DNA of 63,676 bases, filler included, from Chiloscyllium plagiosum (GCF_004010195.1; 4 parts of 2 records of this genome joined end to end with filler, not necessarily neighbours in it); one strand, 5' to 3'. Counted from the whole stretch's first letter, positions 37,998 through 52,072 are shown. Numbers and translations are program-made. The notes: generated by a model not told the origin, from the letters alone.

Positions 37998-38684
37998 CTT
38001 TTCAATAAATGAATTATTCCAGCCCAGGCAATATCCTGGGCACCAGGAATCTCATGTGCATCCTCTTGTGTGCAGTTACATACTCGCTATCGTGTGGTGA
38101 CATGAAATGTACACAGTATTCCATCTGTAGCTTAACTAGTGTTATTTTCAATTCCGTCATTACCTCCTTGCTCTTATATTCCATGCCTTCACCAGTAAAG
38201 GCAACTATCCAATATGCTGCTTTAACCACCTTATCCATCCTGCCTTCAAGAATATATCTGATCCTCTGTACTTCCCAAAACTTTAATTTAGCATGCATTG
38301 TCCTGACTTCTTAATCCTCCCAAAATGCTTCAACTCTAACTTTTCAATAAATGAATTATTCCAGCCCAGGCAATATCCTGGGCACCAGGAATCTCATGTG
38401 CATCCTCTTGTGGTGCAGTACATACTTGCTATCGTGTGGTGACATGAAATGTACACAGTATTCCATCTGTAGCTTAACTAGTGTTATTTTCAATTCTGTC
38501 ATTACCTCCTTGCTCTTATATTCCATGCCTTCACCAATAGAGGCAACTATCCAATATGCTGCTTTAACCACCTTATCCATCCTGCTTTCAAGAATATATC
38601 AGATCCTCTGTACTTCCCAAAACTTTAATTTAACATGCATTGTCCTGACTTCTTAATCCTCCCAAAATGCTTCAACTCTAACTT
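37998..38684. repeat. 342-bp direct tandem duplication within a decayed minus-strand CR1
   Basis: ORFs 38009..38314 and 38351..38656 are almost identical, offset 342. Confidence 0.95.
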
Positions 38685-39744
38685 TACAGGACAGAATTCT
38701 ACTTGCCTTTGCACAGGATTTGTCACCATCTGTGTTATCCTAGAGACTAAGACATTTTGTGATTGACCACATCTTCAAATGTTGTGTTGTCTGTGAACTT
38801 ACTGTTCACACTTGGAACATTCACATCTTAATCATTAATGTGCACAGCAGTAAGGGACCAACACTGTACCAGTGGTATATCGCCGGGTGAAAGACTCTAG
38901 TTGCAGAAGCGCCCTTCAAACATCACCCTTACGTTCTGCCATGAAGCCAATGTTGGATCCAATTTGCCAACGGCAGTGGATCTCTTAGGATTTTCACTTC
39001 TTAACCAACATTCCATATGAGACCACTAAATTAATCCTTAGGGTGAGAGTGTTGTCCTATGAAGGGACATTAAGAAGGACCCTATCTTTGAGTTTAGAAG
39101 AATGAGACTGAATCTTATTGAGGCAAAAATTTGGAGATGTGGAGAAATAAGTTGTTGTCATCCTCAAGGGAAATTCTGCAATTCTTAGAAAACGTCCGAT
39201 CTCCAATGACCAACTAATGCAAATATTGAGTTTGGTTGACACTTCACAGGTCAGGGATCAAACTCTGAAATTGCTTTACTTTTACAGGCCTATTTTTGTA
39301 TTCCTCTGTATAACGGTGCCTAAAAATGGACTAAAAGTGTGTCTAAATTGATTTAGTTGCATGATAAAGGGGAAATAAAGCATGAGTTGTATGTTTAGGA
39401 AATACACTCAAAATGGATGAAACAAATTCACCTCTCTTTTTATCGTGTTTAGGTCAGAGAATTGTGCCATCCCTAACATATATAAGAGTGCTGGATTCGG
39501 TTTTCCCTTACTATTGTTTGTAAGTCTGTTTAATAAGATTTTGGATTTCTTATTTGCTAATGAGCACCAATTATTTCACTTTCATTACAAGTTGCTTTAG
39601 ATGAAAATTAAACCAATAAAAAAAATAAGTATAACTAATGATGTGGATGAGAATAATTTGGTGCATTGTGCTGTGAATCAAACAATTTGTTAATAAAAAA
39701 ACATACAAATTACTTTGCAGTCGATTGAATATTGACTTGGTTCA

Positions 39745-41670
39745 AAAAAAGAAGGAAGTATATGTCAGGTATAGACAGGATGGATCGAGTGAATCCTTAG
39801 AAGAGTATAAAGACAGTAGGAATATATCTAAGAGAGAAATCAGGATGGCAAAAAGGGGATATGAGATAGCTTTGGCAAACAGAGTTAAGGAGAATCCAAA
39901 GGAATTTTACAAATACATTAAGGACAAAAGAGAGAATAGGGCTTTTCAAAGATCAGCAAGGTGGCCTTTGTGTGGAGCCACAGGAGATGGGGCAGAAACT
40001 AAACGAGTATTTTGCATCAGTACTTACTGTGGAAAAGGACATGGAAGATATAGAATGTAGGGAAATAAATGGTGACATCTTGAAAGATATCCATATTACA
40101 GATGAGGAAGTGCTGGATGTCTTGATACACATAAAAATGGATAAATCCCCAGGACCTGATAAGGTGTACTCTGGAACTCTGTGGGAAGCTAGGGAAGTGA
40201 TTGCTGGGCCTCTTGCTGAGAAATTTGGATCATCGATGGTCACAGATGAGGTGCTAGAAGACTGGAGGTTGGCTAACATGGTACCACCGTGTAAGAAGGG
40301 TGGTAAGGACAAGCCAGGGAACTATAGACCAGTGAGCCTGATGTCACTGGTGGGCAAGTTGTTGGAGGGAATCATGAGGGACAGGATGTACATGTATTTG
40401 GAAAGGCAAGGGATAGTCAACATGACTTTGTGCGTGGGAAGTCATGTCTCACAAACTTGATTGAAGTTTTTAAAGAAGTAACAAAGAGGATTGATGAGGG
40501 CAGAGCAGAAGATGTGATCTATATGGACTTCAGTAAGGCATTCGACAAGGTTCCCCATTGGAGACTAATTAGCAAGGTTAGATTTCATGGAATACAGGGA
40601 GTACTCGCCATTTGGATACAGAACTGGCTCACAGGTAGAAGACAGAGGATGGTGGTGGAAAGTTGTTTTTAAGGCTGGAGGCCTGTGACCAGTGAAGTGC
40701 CACAAGGATCGGTGCTGGGTCCACTATTTTTCATTGTTTATATAAATGATTTGGATTTGAGCATAAGAGGCATCAAGTTTGCTGATGATGCCAAAATTGG
40801 AGGTGTAGTGGACAGTGAAGAAAGTCACTTTAGATTACAACAGGATCTGGACCAGATGGGCCAATGGGCTGAGAAGTGGCAGATGGAGTTTAATTCAGAT
40901 AAACTAGAGGTGCTGCATTTTGGGAAAGCAAATCTTAGCAGGACTTATACACTTAATGGTAAGGTCCCAGGGAGTTTTGCTGAACAAAGAGATCTTGGAG
41001 TGCAGGTTCATTTCTCCTTGAAAGTTGATAGGATAGGATAGTGAAGAAGGCATTTGGTATGCTTTCATTTTACTGGTCAGAGTATTGGGTACAGGAGTAG
41101 GGAGGTCATTGCTTAGGCCACAGTTGGAATATTGAGTGTAATTCTGGTCTCCTTCCTATTGGAAAGAAGTTGTGAAACTTGAAAGGGCTCAGAAAATATT
41201 TACAAGAATGTTGCCAGGATTGGAGAATTTGAGATTTAGGGATAGACTGAACAAGTGAGGGCTGCTTTCCCTGGAATGTCGGAGGCTGAGGGGTGACCTT
41301 ATAGAGGTTTACAAAATTATGAGGGGCATGGATAGGGTAAATAGGCCCTGGGGTGGGGGAGTCCAGAACTAGAGGGCATAAGTTTAGGGTGAGAGGGGAA
41401 AGATATAAAAGAGACCTAACAGGCAACGTTTTCACGCAGAGGGTGGTATGTGTATGGAATGAGTTGCCAGAGGAAGTGGTGGAGGCTAGTACAATTGCAA
41501 CATTCAAGAGGCATTTGGATGGGCATATGAATAGGGAGGGATTGGAGGGGTATGGGCCGGGTGTGGCAGGTGGGACTCGACAGGGTTGTAAAATCTGGTC
41601 GAATGGACGAGTTGGACCCAAGGATCTGTTTCCATGCTGGACATCTCTATGACTATGACTCTCTATGACT
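39745..41670 (+). mobile_element. 5'-truncated CR1 LINE with full RT region and 3' tail
   Basis: Continuous ORF2 motifs across frameshifts; tail ctctatgactatgactctctatgact. Confidence 0.95.
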
Positions 41671-42944
41671 TAATTTTTTCTGCGCCATCACAAGTTTGTA
41701 TAAATTGCACATTTTTTATTTTGTACAGGTGTATACGTTACCTGGATGTCACTGCCTATTGAGCAGTTGAACAACAAAGAATGATATCAGCTTGGTACTG
41801 ATCCGGTTCAGTGGAGCAAAGGGCTCTCTGTGACGTGCAAAATGTGACCTGGCAGTTTGATAGATCATTTGTGATTGACTTTTGACTACACACTAAAATG
41901 GAACCAAATTTACTTGTATTTCACTTCTGATTTTTCAAGTTTCACAAATTTGTCGTACTATTTAACCTTTGTTCATCCTGAATTTTTTTATCCTTGTCCT
42001 CTTACAGAAGGGTTTGATCAACTTTGACGGCAGACATAAAGTTTGTGTTGATAATTGCACTGTGTGAAATGTTTGGAATTGCATGAAAGGGGGAAAGCAT
42101 GCCTTTCTATATTGTTGGGCCTTTCTTGCTTGGTTAGGAATGGGGTCAATCTACAACTGCATCTTAAATATAGATGGTCACGAAAAAATCCAATAAAAAC
42201 TGCAGGAGAAGCTTTGTTGCGCAGAGCAGTCAATGTGCAGAACCTGCTGCTACCACGGGTTGTTGGGAAAAGTAGCATAGATGTACAGTATTTGAGGGAA
42301 CTTTAGATGTCAGAAAGGGCACAGAGAGCAGATTAAGAGTTTGAAGCAAGGTAGGAGAAGTGTAAACACCAGCAAGGCCTGTTTTTGTTCTGCTAATTTG
42401 ATGCAATTTACCTTTCAGCATTCACAACTAATTATCGGATGTACCAGGTTATGAAGATGTTATTAACTGAGTCTTGATATAACAAACTATTTTGCCCCAT
42501 TAATGCTGTTGTGTGACCAGGCTCAGTACATCACATTGATGCATACCCCTAGCAGCAGCCTCTTCATTCAGAAGCAGTCAGCAATTCCCATAATTTTCGG
42601 GTCTTCAAGTTGAGAGAAAGGATGGCCTCTTGGATAAAGGCCATAGCTTTGCAAATAGTTCAAAGCTCTATCCTCCATACAACTCCCTACCACCAACCAA
42701 ACACATCGAAATATCCCCTGTATTCTGAGAGCAATGGGGCCACTGACCATTAGGGTGATGGAGATATGTCAGAATGGGTCAAAGTGAACTCTCCAATACA
42801 CACTGTAGCACTAACTCTTATAATAACCCTCCATTTCTGTAATATTCAGTCTTTTATTCTTCCTGAAATAATCACAGGTCCCCATTTCCCAACATTGTAT
42901 TCCATCTGCCAATGTGTTGTCCATTGCTTATCCATTTCCAGATT

Positions 42945-43311
42945 CTTTGTTGAGAGATGTGAAGGAGGAGTGGAGGACTGCTGGGAGAGTGAGTAAACTG
43001 TTTAAATTACTTACATAGGGTGTCGGGACCTCCATTTGTTGAGAGTTGCGGAGGAGGAGTGGAGGATGACTGGGAAGATGTGTTAAAAAAAATTGTTTTT
43101 TTACTGAGTGGTGAGGAGAGAGGGCAGAGAGAAACGAGGGCTTCCGGGAAGTTTTTAAGTGGGTGATATCTGAAAAGTGACCACAGAGAGCTAGTTTGGA
43201 AGCTGAAGAGCAGGACGAGTAAAGTAGTAATCTCAGGTTTTTACCAGTGCTACGAGATAGTGACGGGAGGAACAGTCAGTGAATGCAGCTTAACACGTGG
43301 CTCTGAGGCTG
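42945..43311 (+). mobile_element. Probable LINE 5' UTR with two ~90-bp direct repeats
   Basis: tttgttgagag.tg.g.aggaggagtggagga at ~42945 and ~43035; runs into a gap. Confidence 0.4.
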
Positions 43312-43811
43312 NNNNNNNNNNNNNNNNNNNNNNNNNNNNNNNNNNNNNNNNNNNNNNNNNNNNNNNNNNNNNNNNNNNNNNNNNNNNNNNNNNNNNNNNN
43401 NNNNNNNNNNNNNNNNNNNNNNNNNNNNNNNNNNNNNNNNNNNNNNNNNNNNNNNNNNNNNNNNNNNNNNNNNNNNNNNNNNNNNNNNNNNNNNNNNNNN
43501 NNNNNNNNNNNNNNNNNNNNNNNNNNNNNNNNNNNNNNNNNNNNNNNNNNNNNNNNNNNNNNNNNNNNNNNNNNNNNNNNNNNNNNNNNNNNNNNNNNNN
43601 NNNNNNNNNNNNNNNNNNNNNNNNNNNNNNNNNNNNNNNNNNNNNNNNNNNNNNNNNNNNNNNNNNNNNNNNNNNNNNNNNNNNNNNNNNNNNNNNNNNN
43701 NNNNNNNNNNNNNNNNNNNNNNNNNNNNNNNNNNNNNNNNNNNNNNNNNNNNNNNNNNNNNNNNNNNNNNNNNNNNNNNNNNNNNNNNNNNNNNNNNNNN
43801 NNNNNNNNNNN

Positions 43812-46035
43812 TTCGTTGATGCTGACCATAATCTAAAACTAATCTTGTCCCTCTTGGCTGTTCCTGGATCACATCTCTTCAAACCAAACCAATTCCTGTA
43901 CTAATCCAAATGTCTTTTAAACGTTCTAATTGCCCACACATTCACCCCTTCCTTTGGAATTTAATTCCACACAAAAACCACCCACTTTGTAATAGTTTGC
44001 TTCTCATGTTTTCTGTTTTTAAAACTCTCCCTTCTAACCTTAAGAAATGTAGCCCCTAGTCGTAAAACTCCCTTGCCCTTGGGAAAGTCACATTAACTCT
44101 ATCTATACCCTTCATTATTTCATAGACTTCTATATGGTCACCTCTCAACCTCCAGGCTCAAGTGAAAAATGTCCAAGCCAATACAGCCTTCCTTTATAAC
44201 TGAAACTTTCCATACCCAGCAGTTCCCCGGTAAATATGATCTGAACCCTCTCCAGCTTAATAATATCCTTCCTATAACTGGGTGACCAAAACTGGGTGCA
44301 GTATTCCAGAAGAGGCCTCATAAAAGTCCTGTACAATCTCCACACAACTTCACAACTCCTAAACTCGAAGGAGTGAGCAATGATGGCAAGTATGCCAAGT
44401 TCCTTTTATAACCATTCTGTCTCTCCTTGTTGCAAACTTCAACGAACTATGTACCTGAACCCCAAAGTCCTTATATCCTACAACAAAACAGAAGACCCTA
44501 CCATTAATTATGATAGCTCGACCCTTGTTTGTTTAACCTAAATGCATTACCTCGCATTTACCCAAATTGAACACCATCTGCAGTTTTTCAGCCATTCGTG
44601 TATCTCTTCAAGATCCCTTTGTAATCTCAGAAATCCTCCGTCACTGCTCACAATGCCACCGTCCAGTCTTCCAGCCCATCACACGTGGCGATGAATGGCA
44701 CAAATATCACTGCTCAGTGCACTACAATTTCATCCCCAGCTTCTCACAATGTTTCGCGATACACTTGATCAGGTCCTAGGGATTTATCTACCGTTATGTT
44801 TTAAAACGTACCACACCACCTCTTCTATAATGTGGACTCATTTCAAGACATGGAGTCATAGAGATGTACTGCGTGGAAGCTGACCCTTTGGTCCCACTTC
44901 TCCATCATGTTTCTCTACCCATTTGTCAGAACTTTGCCAATATCCCTCTAAACTCTTCCTATTTATATACCCATCCAGATGCCTGCTCACTATTTTTCTA
45001 TCAGCCTCCACCATTTCTTCTGGCAGCTTATTCCATACACGCACCACCTTCTGCAGGAACCAGCTGTCCCTTAGGTCCCTTCTAAATCTTTCCCTTGCAC
45101 CTTAAAGCTGTGTCCTGTAGGTTTGGACTCTTTCCCCTACTCCCACCCGCCCCACCCCCCACCCCCACAACCCAGACTGTAAAAAAGACCTAATCTATTG
45201 ACCTTATCCATGCCCTCATGATTAAAAAAAAACCTTTACAAGATAACTCCTCAGCGTCCCATGTTAAAGTGAAAATAATCCCAGTCTATTCAGTTTTTCA
45301 CTGTAGCTCAAACCCTCCAACCCTGGCAACATGCTTGTTCATTTCTTCTGAACCTTTTCAAGTTCCATAACATCCTTCCGATGGCATTGAGACTAGAATT
45401 GCACACAGTATTCTAACAGTGGTCAGGCCAAACACTGTTTAGTTCACTGAGCGCCCCAGGCCTTATCCACAGTAAGCTCCGAAGTGAAATATTTGTTTCG
45501 GATCTTGTAGTTTCACACATCGTTGGCTTCATTGATCATTAAGGATATCGGTTTTGTCCCGAGGTATTCTTTTGCTCTTAATATACTTGTATAATCTCTT
45601 TGTATTCTCCTTAACTTTATCTGCTAAAGTTATTTCATGTCTCCTTTGTGCATTTGTGATTTCCATCCAAAGTGTATTCTACAGCTCTGATGCTTCTCAG
45701 GAATTCCCTTGATCCAGCTGGCTATACATTACATATGCTCTCTTTTCCTTGACCAGAGTCTCAGTAGACAGCCAGTGTTTCCGAATGCTGTCAGCATTGA
45801 GCTGCACACTAACAGGAACATGCTGATGCTGAACGATCCTTTTATCTCACATTTAAAATATTTCCAGTTGCCAGAATTCCCTTTCCCTGAAAATAGCATC
45901 TCTAATCAACTTTTAAAAATTTCATGTCTAATACTATCAATATTTGTCTTTCTCCATTTTATAACTTTTACGTTTGGATCAGTCCTGTCTTTCGGCAAAG
46001 CTATTTTCAAACTAATAAAATTGCGGCCTGACATT
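43812..46035 (-). mobile_element. Nested minus-strand CR1 fragments
   Basis: LYRTFMRPLLEYCTQFWSPSYRKDIIKLERVQ; a second 3' end at ~44855-45435 interrupts an ORF2 linker region. Confidence 0.8.
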
Positions 46036-46735
46036 TTCAAAACTGTGTGTAAATAATCCTGTAGGCTCAGGATACTCAATACTGTGTGTGAATTAATCGT
46101 ATTGAGTGAAGATGGTCAACACTGTGTGTGAGTAATCTTGTGGCCTGAGGATGGTCAATACTGTGTGTTAATAATCCGGTGTCCTGAGGATGATCAATAC
46201 TGTTTGTGAATAATTCCGTGGCCTGGGAATATTCAATACTGTGTGTGATTAATGCTGTGGCCTGAAAATGGTCAATACTATGTGTGAATAATCCTGTGCC
46301 CTGAGAATGGTCAGTACTGTGTGTGAGTAATCCTGTGGCCTAAGAATATTCAACACTGTTTGTGAATAATCCTGTGGCCAGAGGATTGTCAATACTGTCT
46401 GTGAATGATCCAGTGATCTGGGAATGGGAAATAATATGTGTGAATAATCCTGTGGCCTGAGGATAGTCAATACTGTGTGTGAATAATCCTGTGGCCTGAG
46501 AATGGTCAATACTGTCTGTGAATAATCCTGTGTCCTGAGGATGGTCAATACTGTGTTTGAATAATTCTCTCTTGAGGATGGTCCATACTGTATGTGAATA
46601 ATCCTGGGAACTGAGGTTCGTCAGTACTGTATGTGAATCTTATAGTGGCTGAGGACGGTCAATGCTGTTCGTGAATACCCCTGTGGCCTAAGGATGGTCA
46701 ATACTGTGTCTGACTAATCCTGTAGTGACTGAAAT
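46035..46735. repeat. 39-bp minisatellite (about 18 units)
   Basis: caatactgtgtgtgaataatcctgtggcctgaggatggt; spacing of 39 at 46118, 46157, 46196, 46235. Confidence 0.95.
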
Positions 46736-48019
46736 GTTTTATGATAAGTAACTGGTTGATGCTCTCCCTCATATGTCCCTCCCCATTGCTGCAAAGCCCT
46801 CCAGCTGCAGCAATCCGTACTGGCTTTGTCACACTGTTCAGGCCCTGACCACTCGCTGTAACACTCTCAGCACCTTCGTCTCTCCCTGTTCCTGTCGTGT
46901 CATTAAACGCTGACAATGATTCCCCTTCCCACTGCCCTCCCCCTGCTAGCAGACCCTTCGCAATCCCTTTAAAACTTACCCCTAAAACACTCTCTCACTT
47001 TAGGATTTTAAGTACTTTTTGGTGACCTTCTCCGCCTCACAATCTAGTATGATCCATTTTGCCCTGAATGAGGGACCGGTGGGAATTTCTTGCTGAGGAT
47101 TTGTCTGTTTCAATGAAATGTTCTTTTGTTGAGTGTTTTACACTGTTCTTTCAAATGTTTTTCACTGTTCATTTACAGACACATATTTCAGTATGTTTAG
47201 CCTGCTTACCTTGGTCAGTTCTACTGTCAAACTTATGCGATTGGCTATTTTTGTTTCTAGTTGTAGCTTGGCATTTCTGTGATTCACTTTAATGCTTTAA
47301 ATTCATTTAAATTGCACTTTATCGCAATTTCCTAGAGGATTTCTCCAGGTGACGTGACTCATACACTAAGTTTCATCACACAACTATTGATCTGAGATAG
47401 TTAGATCCCTAGCCAGTTTCGCAGTGTGTTATTCAAAGTAACTTGAAAAAAACTCATTACTCCCCTTCCAATATCACTATTGTCTATGTGATTGTCCCAG
47501 ATGATGCGAATATTGAAGTTTCCCAAAATTATCACAATATCTTTGTTTAAAAAATTCCAATGAAGTCCTGTGTAATGCAGTGATGAGCAATGAAATGTTG
47601 TTCGGTGGCTAAAACTGTTCTTCTGCTTGTGTCCTTGGCAATTACAAGCCATAATTTGACTTCTGGCTGACACCAGTTCATGATCTGCGACCAAATGATT
47701 TGTCTGTAATGCCGTTGTTATCCATTATTGTTAGTATTGCCCATTTCGCCTTCCCACAATTTCCTGTCAAAAACCGATTCACTGTTGTGCGACTTGAGTT
47801 AAAATTTGTCACATCCTGTCCCTTTCTGCTTGTCTTCAGCCACATCCCCATGCTGTTCCGATGTGTCACCTTTTCTCTTTGGATTTGGAAAGCTCCTTTC
47901 ACCTGAACCCTGCATCCTCTGGGTCAATTTAAAGCCCTGTCCATAAACCTACCGACATGATCGGCCAGGACACTGGTCCCAGCACTGTTCCAGTGGGACC
48001 ATCCTCATGGATTACTTAT

Positions 48020-48390
48020 AAAATCAGGTGTGGGATTTGGGTGTCTCTGTCTAACCAACCTTTCTTGCCCAACCCTAGCTGACCTTGAGCTGAGTGGCTT
48101 GCTCAGCCATTTCAGAGGGTAATTGAGAGGCAAACACTTTGCTGTGGGGATGTCGTGCAGACCACGAGAGGATGGGCAGATGTCTTTCTCGAAAGGACAA
48201 CTGTTTGGATATTTTGTCCATCAGCAATGGTTTTATACTTTTTTATGGATTATTATTATTTTAAAAACCATTGATTTCAAATGTCTCCATTTCAGATGAT
48301 GGGATTCAGATCTGCCTCCCCTGAACATTAGCTGAGGTTTTGGATACATTGTGTAGCAATAATACCACGAGGGCATCACTTCACCTGCTC
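48020..48390 (-). mobile_element. Degenerate tRNA-derived SINE
   Basis: tRNA-like head in reverse complement at ~48300-48385; tail resembles 14720-14880. Confidence 0.45.
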
Positions 48391-49109
48391 ACAGGTTGCT
48401 CCTCCCAGAGCAATGATACCAGGGCATCGTGAAGCTAAACCCATTCTTCCGACTCAGTTGTGTGATGCGGATATCTTCCAGCAATCTTCGGCTCTTACTT
48501 GATATCGCTCCATTCCCTAGATCTCTGTGAGGCTCAATGCCTTCCTCTCTGTGTAACCCTCACTACATCAGTCTAATTTCCAACTGTGTATATTCCTCTG
48601 TCTCCTGTTGGTACTCAGGAACGTCCTGACACAATAGACTTCACAACTGCTGGGTGTCTCGTCCATCACCACATTGAAGATGTTTGGTCAGCCAAGAGAC
48701 CAAAGGCAGGGAGATCTGGAGCCTTAGATAAATCCTGTAGTGAGGTAATATCACCCACAGTGCACAGAGCAAAGAACAATGAGAGGGCTCCAAACATTTG
48801 CTAACAAGACTTGACATAGATAGTGTTGGAGAGGACGCACAGTACAGCCACACCACATGCTCAATCCCCACCCCTACTTTAAGTTCTGTTGTACTAAGAC
48901 TCACTACTCTGCAACACTGTATCTGTGGCATGTCTTGTGGTCCAGTGCCTTCAATAATTTGTAATTCCTATAACAGTTCCTGTCCCTGTAACCTCCTCCC
49001 TTCCTGATGGTCCCTCCACATATTTGAAACGTACTGCATTCCAGACTACCACCTCCCTACCTCAGGTCTACAACATGCCTTATCTCGGTAATCTCCTCCT
49101 CTTTAACTG

Positions 49110-50933
49110 GATAGAGTCATGCACCACAGAAACGGTTCCTTCGATTCAACCAGTCCATCCAGAGCAGAGTCCCTGAATGAGATGCGTTTCCCTGCATTTG
49201 GCCCATATACCTTCACACCTTCTCCTCTCCATGTAATTGACCAAAAGTCTTTTACATGTTGTCATTGTACTTTTCACTACAACTTCCCCTGGAAGCTCAT
49301 TCCATCCCTACACCATCCTCTGTGTGAAAAATGTTCTCCTCCAATTTCTTTAAAGTCTTTCTCTTTCACTTCATACTTATGTCCTCTAGAACGTAGAACA
49401 TGACAACGCACTACAGGCCCTTCGGCCTTCAATTTTGTGTAAACTTCTGGAACCAATCTGAAGCCCAACTAACCGACACTATTCCAGTCTCGTCCATATG
49501 CCTATCCAGTGACCTTTTAAATGCTCTTAAAGTTGGTGAGTCTACTACTGTTGCAGGCTGTGCATTCCACACACCTACTACTCTCTGAGTTAAGAGGCTA
49601 CCTCTGACATCTGTCTTACATCTATCACGCTTCATTTTAAAGCTATCCCCCCACGTGCTAGGCATTGTATTCCAAGGGAAAAGACCCTCAACCCATCTCA
49701 CCCTGTGATTATCTTGGATGTCTCAATTAATTCGCCTCAAACATTTTCTCTCGAGCGAAAATAGCTTCAAGTCCCTTGTAAGATTTTCCCTCCAGATCAG
49801 GTAACATCCTAGTAAATCTCCTCTGAATCCTTTCCAAAGCTTACATATCATTCCTGTAATGTAGTGTCCTGAACTGTACACAATACCCCAGGTGTGGCTA
49901 TCCACGAGTTTTGTACAGCTGCAGCATGATTTTATTGTTCCGAAACTCACTTCCTCTACTAATAAAAGCTAACACACCAAATGCCTTCTGAACGAACTTA
50001 TCAACTTGAGTGGCAATTTTCAGGGATCAGTGTACGTGGACAAAGAGATCTCTCTGTTTTTCTACACTACCAAGAAACTAACCATTAGCACAGTACTCTA
50101 TGTTCCAGTTACTCCTTCCAAAGTGAATCACCTCACACTTTTCCGTATTAAACTCCATTTGTGAACTTTCAGTCCAGATGTGCAGCTTATCCATGCTCCT
50201 CTCTAACCGACAACATCCTGCATCACTATTCACAACTCTACCAACCTTAGTGTCATCCGCAACTTTACTAACCCATCCTTCAATGCCCTCATCCAGGTCA
50301 TTTATATCAATGACAAGCAACAGTGGATCCAAAACAGATCGTGGCGTTACCGCACTAGTAACTGAATTCCAGGATGAATATTTCCCATCAACCACTACTC
50401 TCTGTCTTCTTTAATTGAGCCCCGTTCTGATCCAAACTGCGAAATTACTAACAATCCCATGCTTTCTGTATTGTCTGCAATAGGTTACCGTGGGGAACCT
50501 GAACAAATCCAAAAACACCACATCAACTGATTTATCCTCATTTACTTCTTTGGTCACCTTCTCAAAGAACGCAGAGGTTTGCGAGGCACGACCTACCCGT
50601 CAGAAAACCGTGTTGACTATCCTCATCAATTTATTCATCTCCAGATGCTTATAATTCCTATCTCTTATAAGTCTTTCCAACACTTTACCCAGAATCAAAG
50701 TAATGCTCACAGCTCTATAATTGTCAGGGTTTTCTCTATTTCCCTTCTTGGACAAGGGGACAATATTTGCTATCCTTCAGCCTTCTGGCACTATCTCTGT
50801 AGACAATAACAACACAAAGATCAAACCCAAAGACATAGCAGTCGCCTTCCTGGCTTCCCCAGAGTATACGAGGATAAATCCTATCCAGCCCAGGGGAGTT
50901 AGCTAGCTTTACACTTTGCAGAATTGCTAACAC
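49110..50933 (-). mobile_element. CR1 LINE fragments (two 3' ends and RT)
   Basis: SVTSAVTPRSVLDPLLLVIDINDLDEG..VSKVADDTKVG; SPGLDRIYPRIL. Confidence 0.88.
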
Positions 50934-51033
50934 NNNNNNNNNNNNNNNNNNNNNNNNNNNNNNNNNNNNNNNNNNNNTTAATTAATTAANNNNNNNNNNN
51001 NNNNNNNNNNNNNNNNNNNNNNNNNNNNNNNNN

Positions 51034-51250
51034 TGACTGTATCTGTAGTTTTCTGGCCTGAAACCGCCACCTACCACACACCCTGACTCTTGTAAATTCA
51101 TCATTACCATTAAGCACCGCTCCATCTGATCCATGCGATCCAGGAGGATTTGCATACTCAATTCCTGCAGACCATCATCAGGATCATTGAAACTCTTCCT
51201 AATCTCCGACATCCTCCAGAAAGAGCACTTCACTGTACGAAAGGCCATCT
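51034..51250 (-). mobile_element. CR1 ORF1 N-terminus
   Basis: MAFRTVKCSFWRMSEIR...PDDG...QILLDRMDQME resembles the ORF1 Cys motif and coiled coil. Confidence 0.6.
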
Positions 51251-51489
51251 CTGCACCTTAATCTGTAGACCCAGAAAAAGCCAGAGTCTTCCAGCTTTAC
51301 AAAACATTACTCTCTAATACATGAGTACCTGTATTTTATATTTAAAACATTCAACCAAAAGATCATAAGACAGGTAATTAAACTAATAAACCCTCACCCT
51401 ATTGAATATTGCGGATTTTAAAAAATAAAACAGACCAACATTTACCTTTTAAGAGACTGAAACCCACTGAGCTGATCCCCTGCTGTGAG

Positions 51490-52072
51490 TCACAGGCATA
51501 CAGCACGGAAACAGACCGTTTGGTCAAACTCGTCAATGCCGACCAGATATCCGAACATAATTTCGTCCCATTTGCCAGCACTTGGTCGATATCCCTCTAA
51601 ACCCTTCCTAATCATACACCCATCCAGATGCCTAATAGATGTTGCAATTCTACCAGCCTTCACAACTTCCTATGGCAGCTCATTCCATAAACGCACCACC
51701 ATCGTGTGAAAAAGGACCCTTAGGTGCCTTTTATATCTTTCCCCTCACACGTTAAACCTATACCCTCTAGTTCTAGACTCCCCCACCCCAGTGAAAATAC
51801 CTTGTCTATCTATCCAATACATGCTCCTAATGATTTTATAAACTTCTGAGTTCTCCCTTCAGACTCCGACACTCCAGGGAAAACAGCCCCAGCCTATACA
51901 GCCTTTCCCTACAGCTCAAACCCTCCAACCAGGGCAACACCCTTGTAAATCTTTTCTGAACCTTTCAAGTTACACAACATCCTTCTGATAGGTGGAGAAC
52001 AGAACTGCACTCAATATTGCATGAGTCGCCAAACCAATACCCTGAACATCTGCAACATGACCTACCAACTCC
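51490..52072 (-). mobile_element. CR1 3' fragment
   Basis: Similar to 1921-2500. Confidence 0.85.

Larger units (their letters stand above)
36621..41885 (+). pseudogene. Unidentified multi-exon gene relic (candidate exons 36621-36720, 39288-39336, 39453-39519, from 41729)
   Basis: Pyrimidine-tract/AG acceptors and GTAAGT donors (36721, 39520) in non-TE sequence; all spliced frames contain stops. Confidence 0.45.

Noticed and set aside
41729..41885. Selenoprotein reading of the in-frame TGAs
   Set aside because: TAA stops also occur in each spliced frame, I saw no SECIS, and CpG decay explains TGA more simply.
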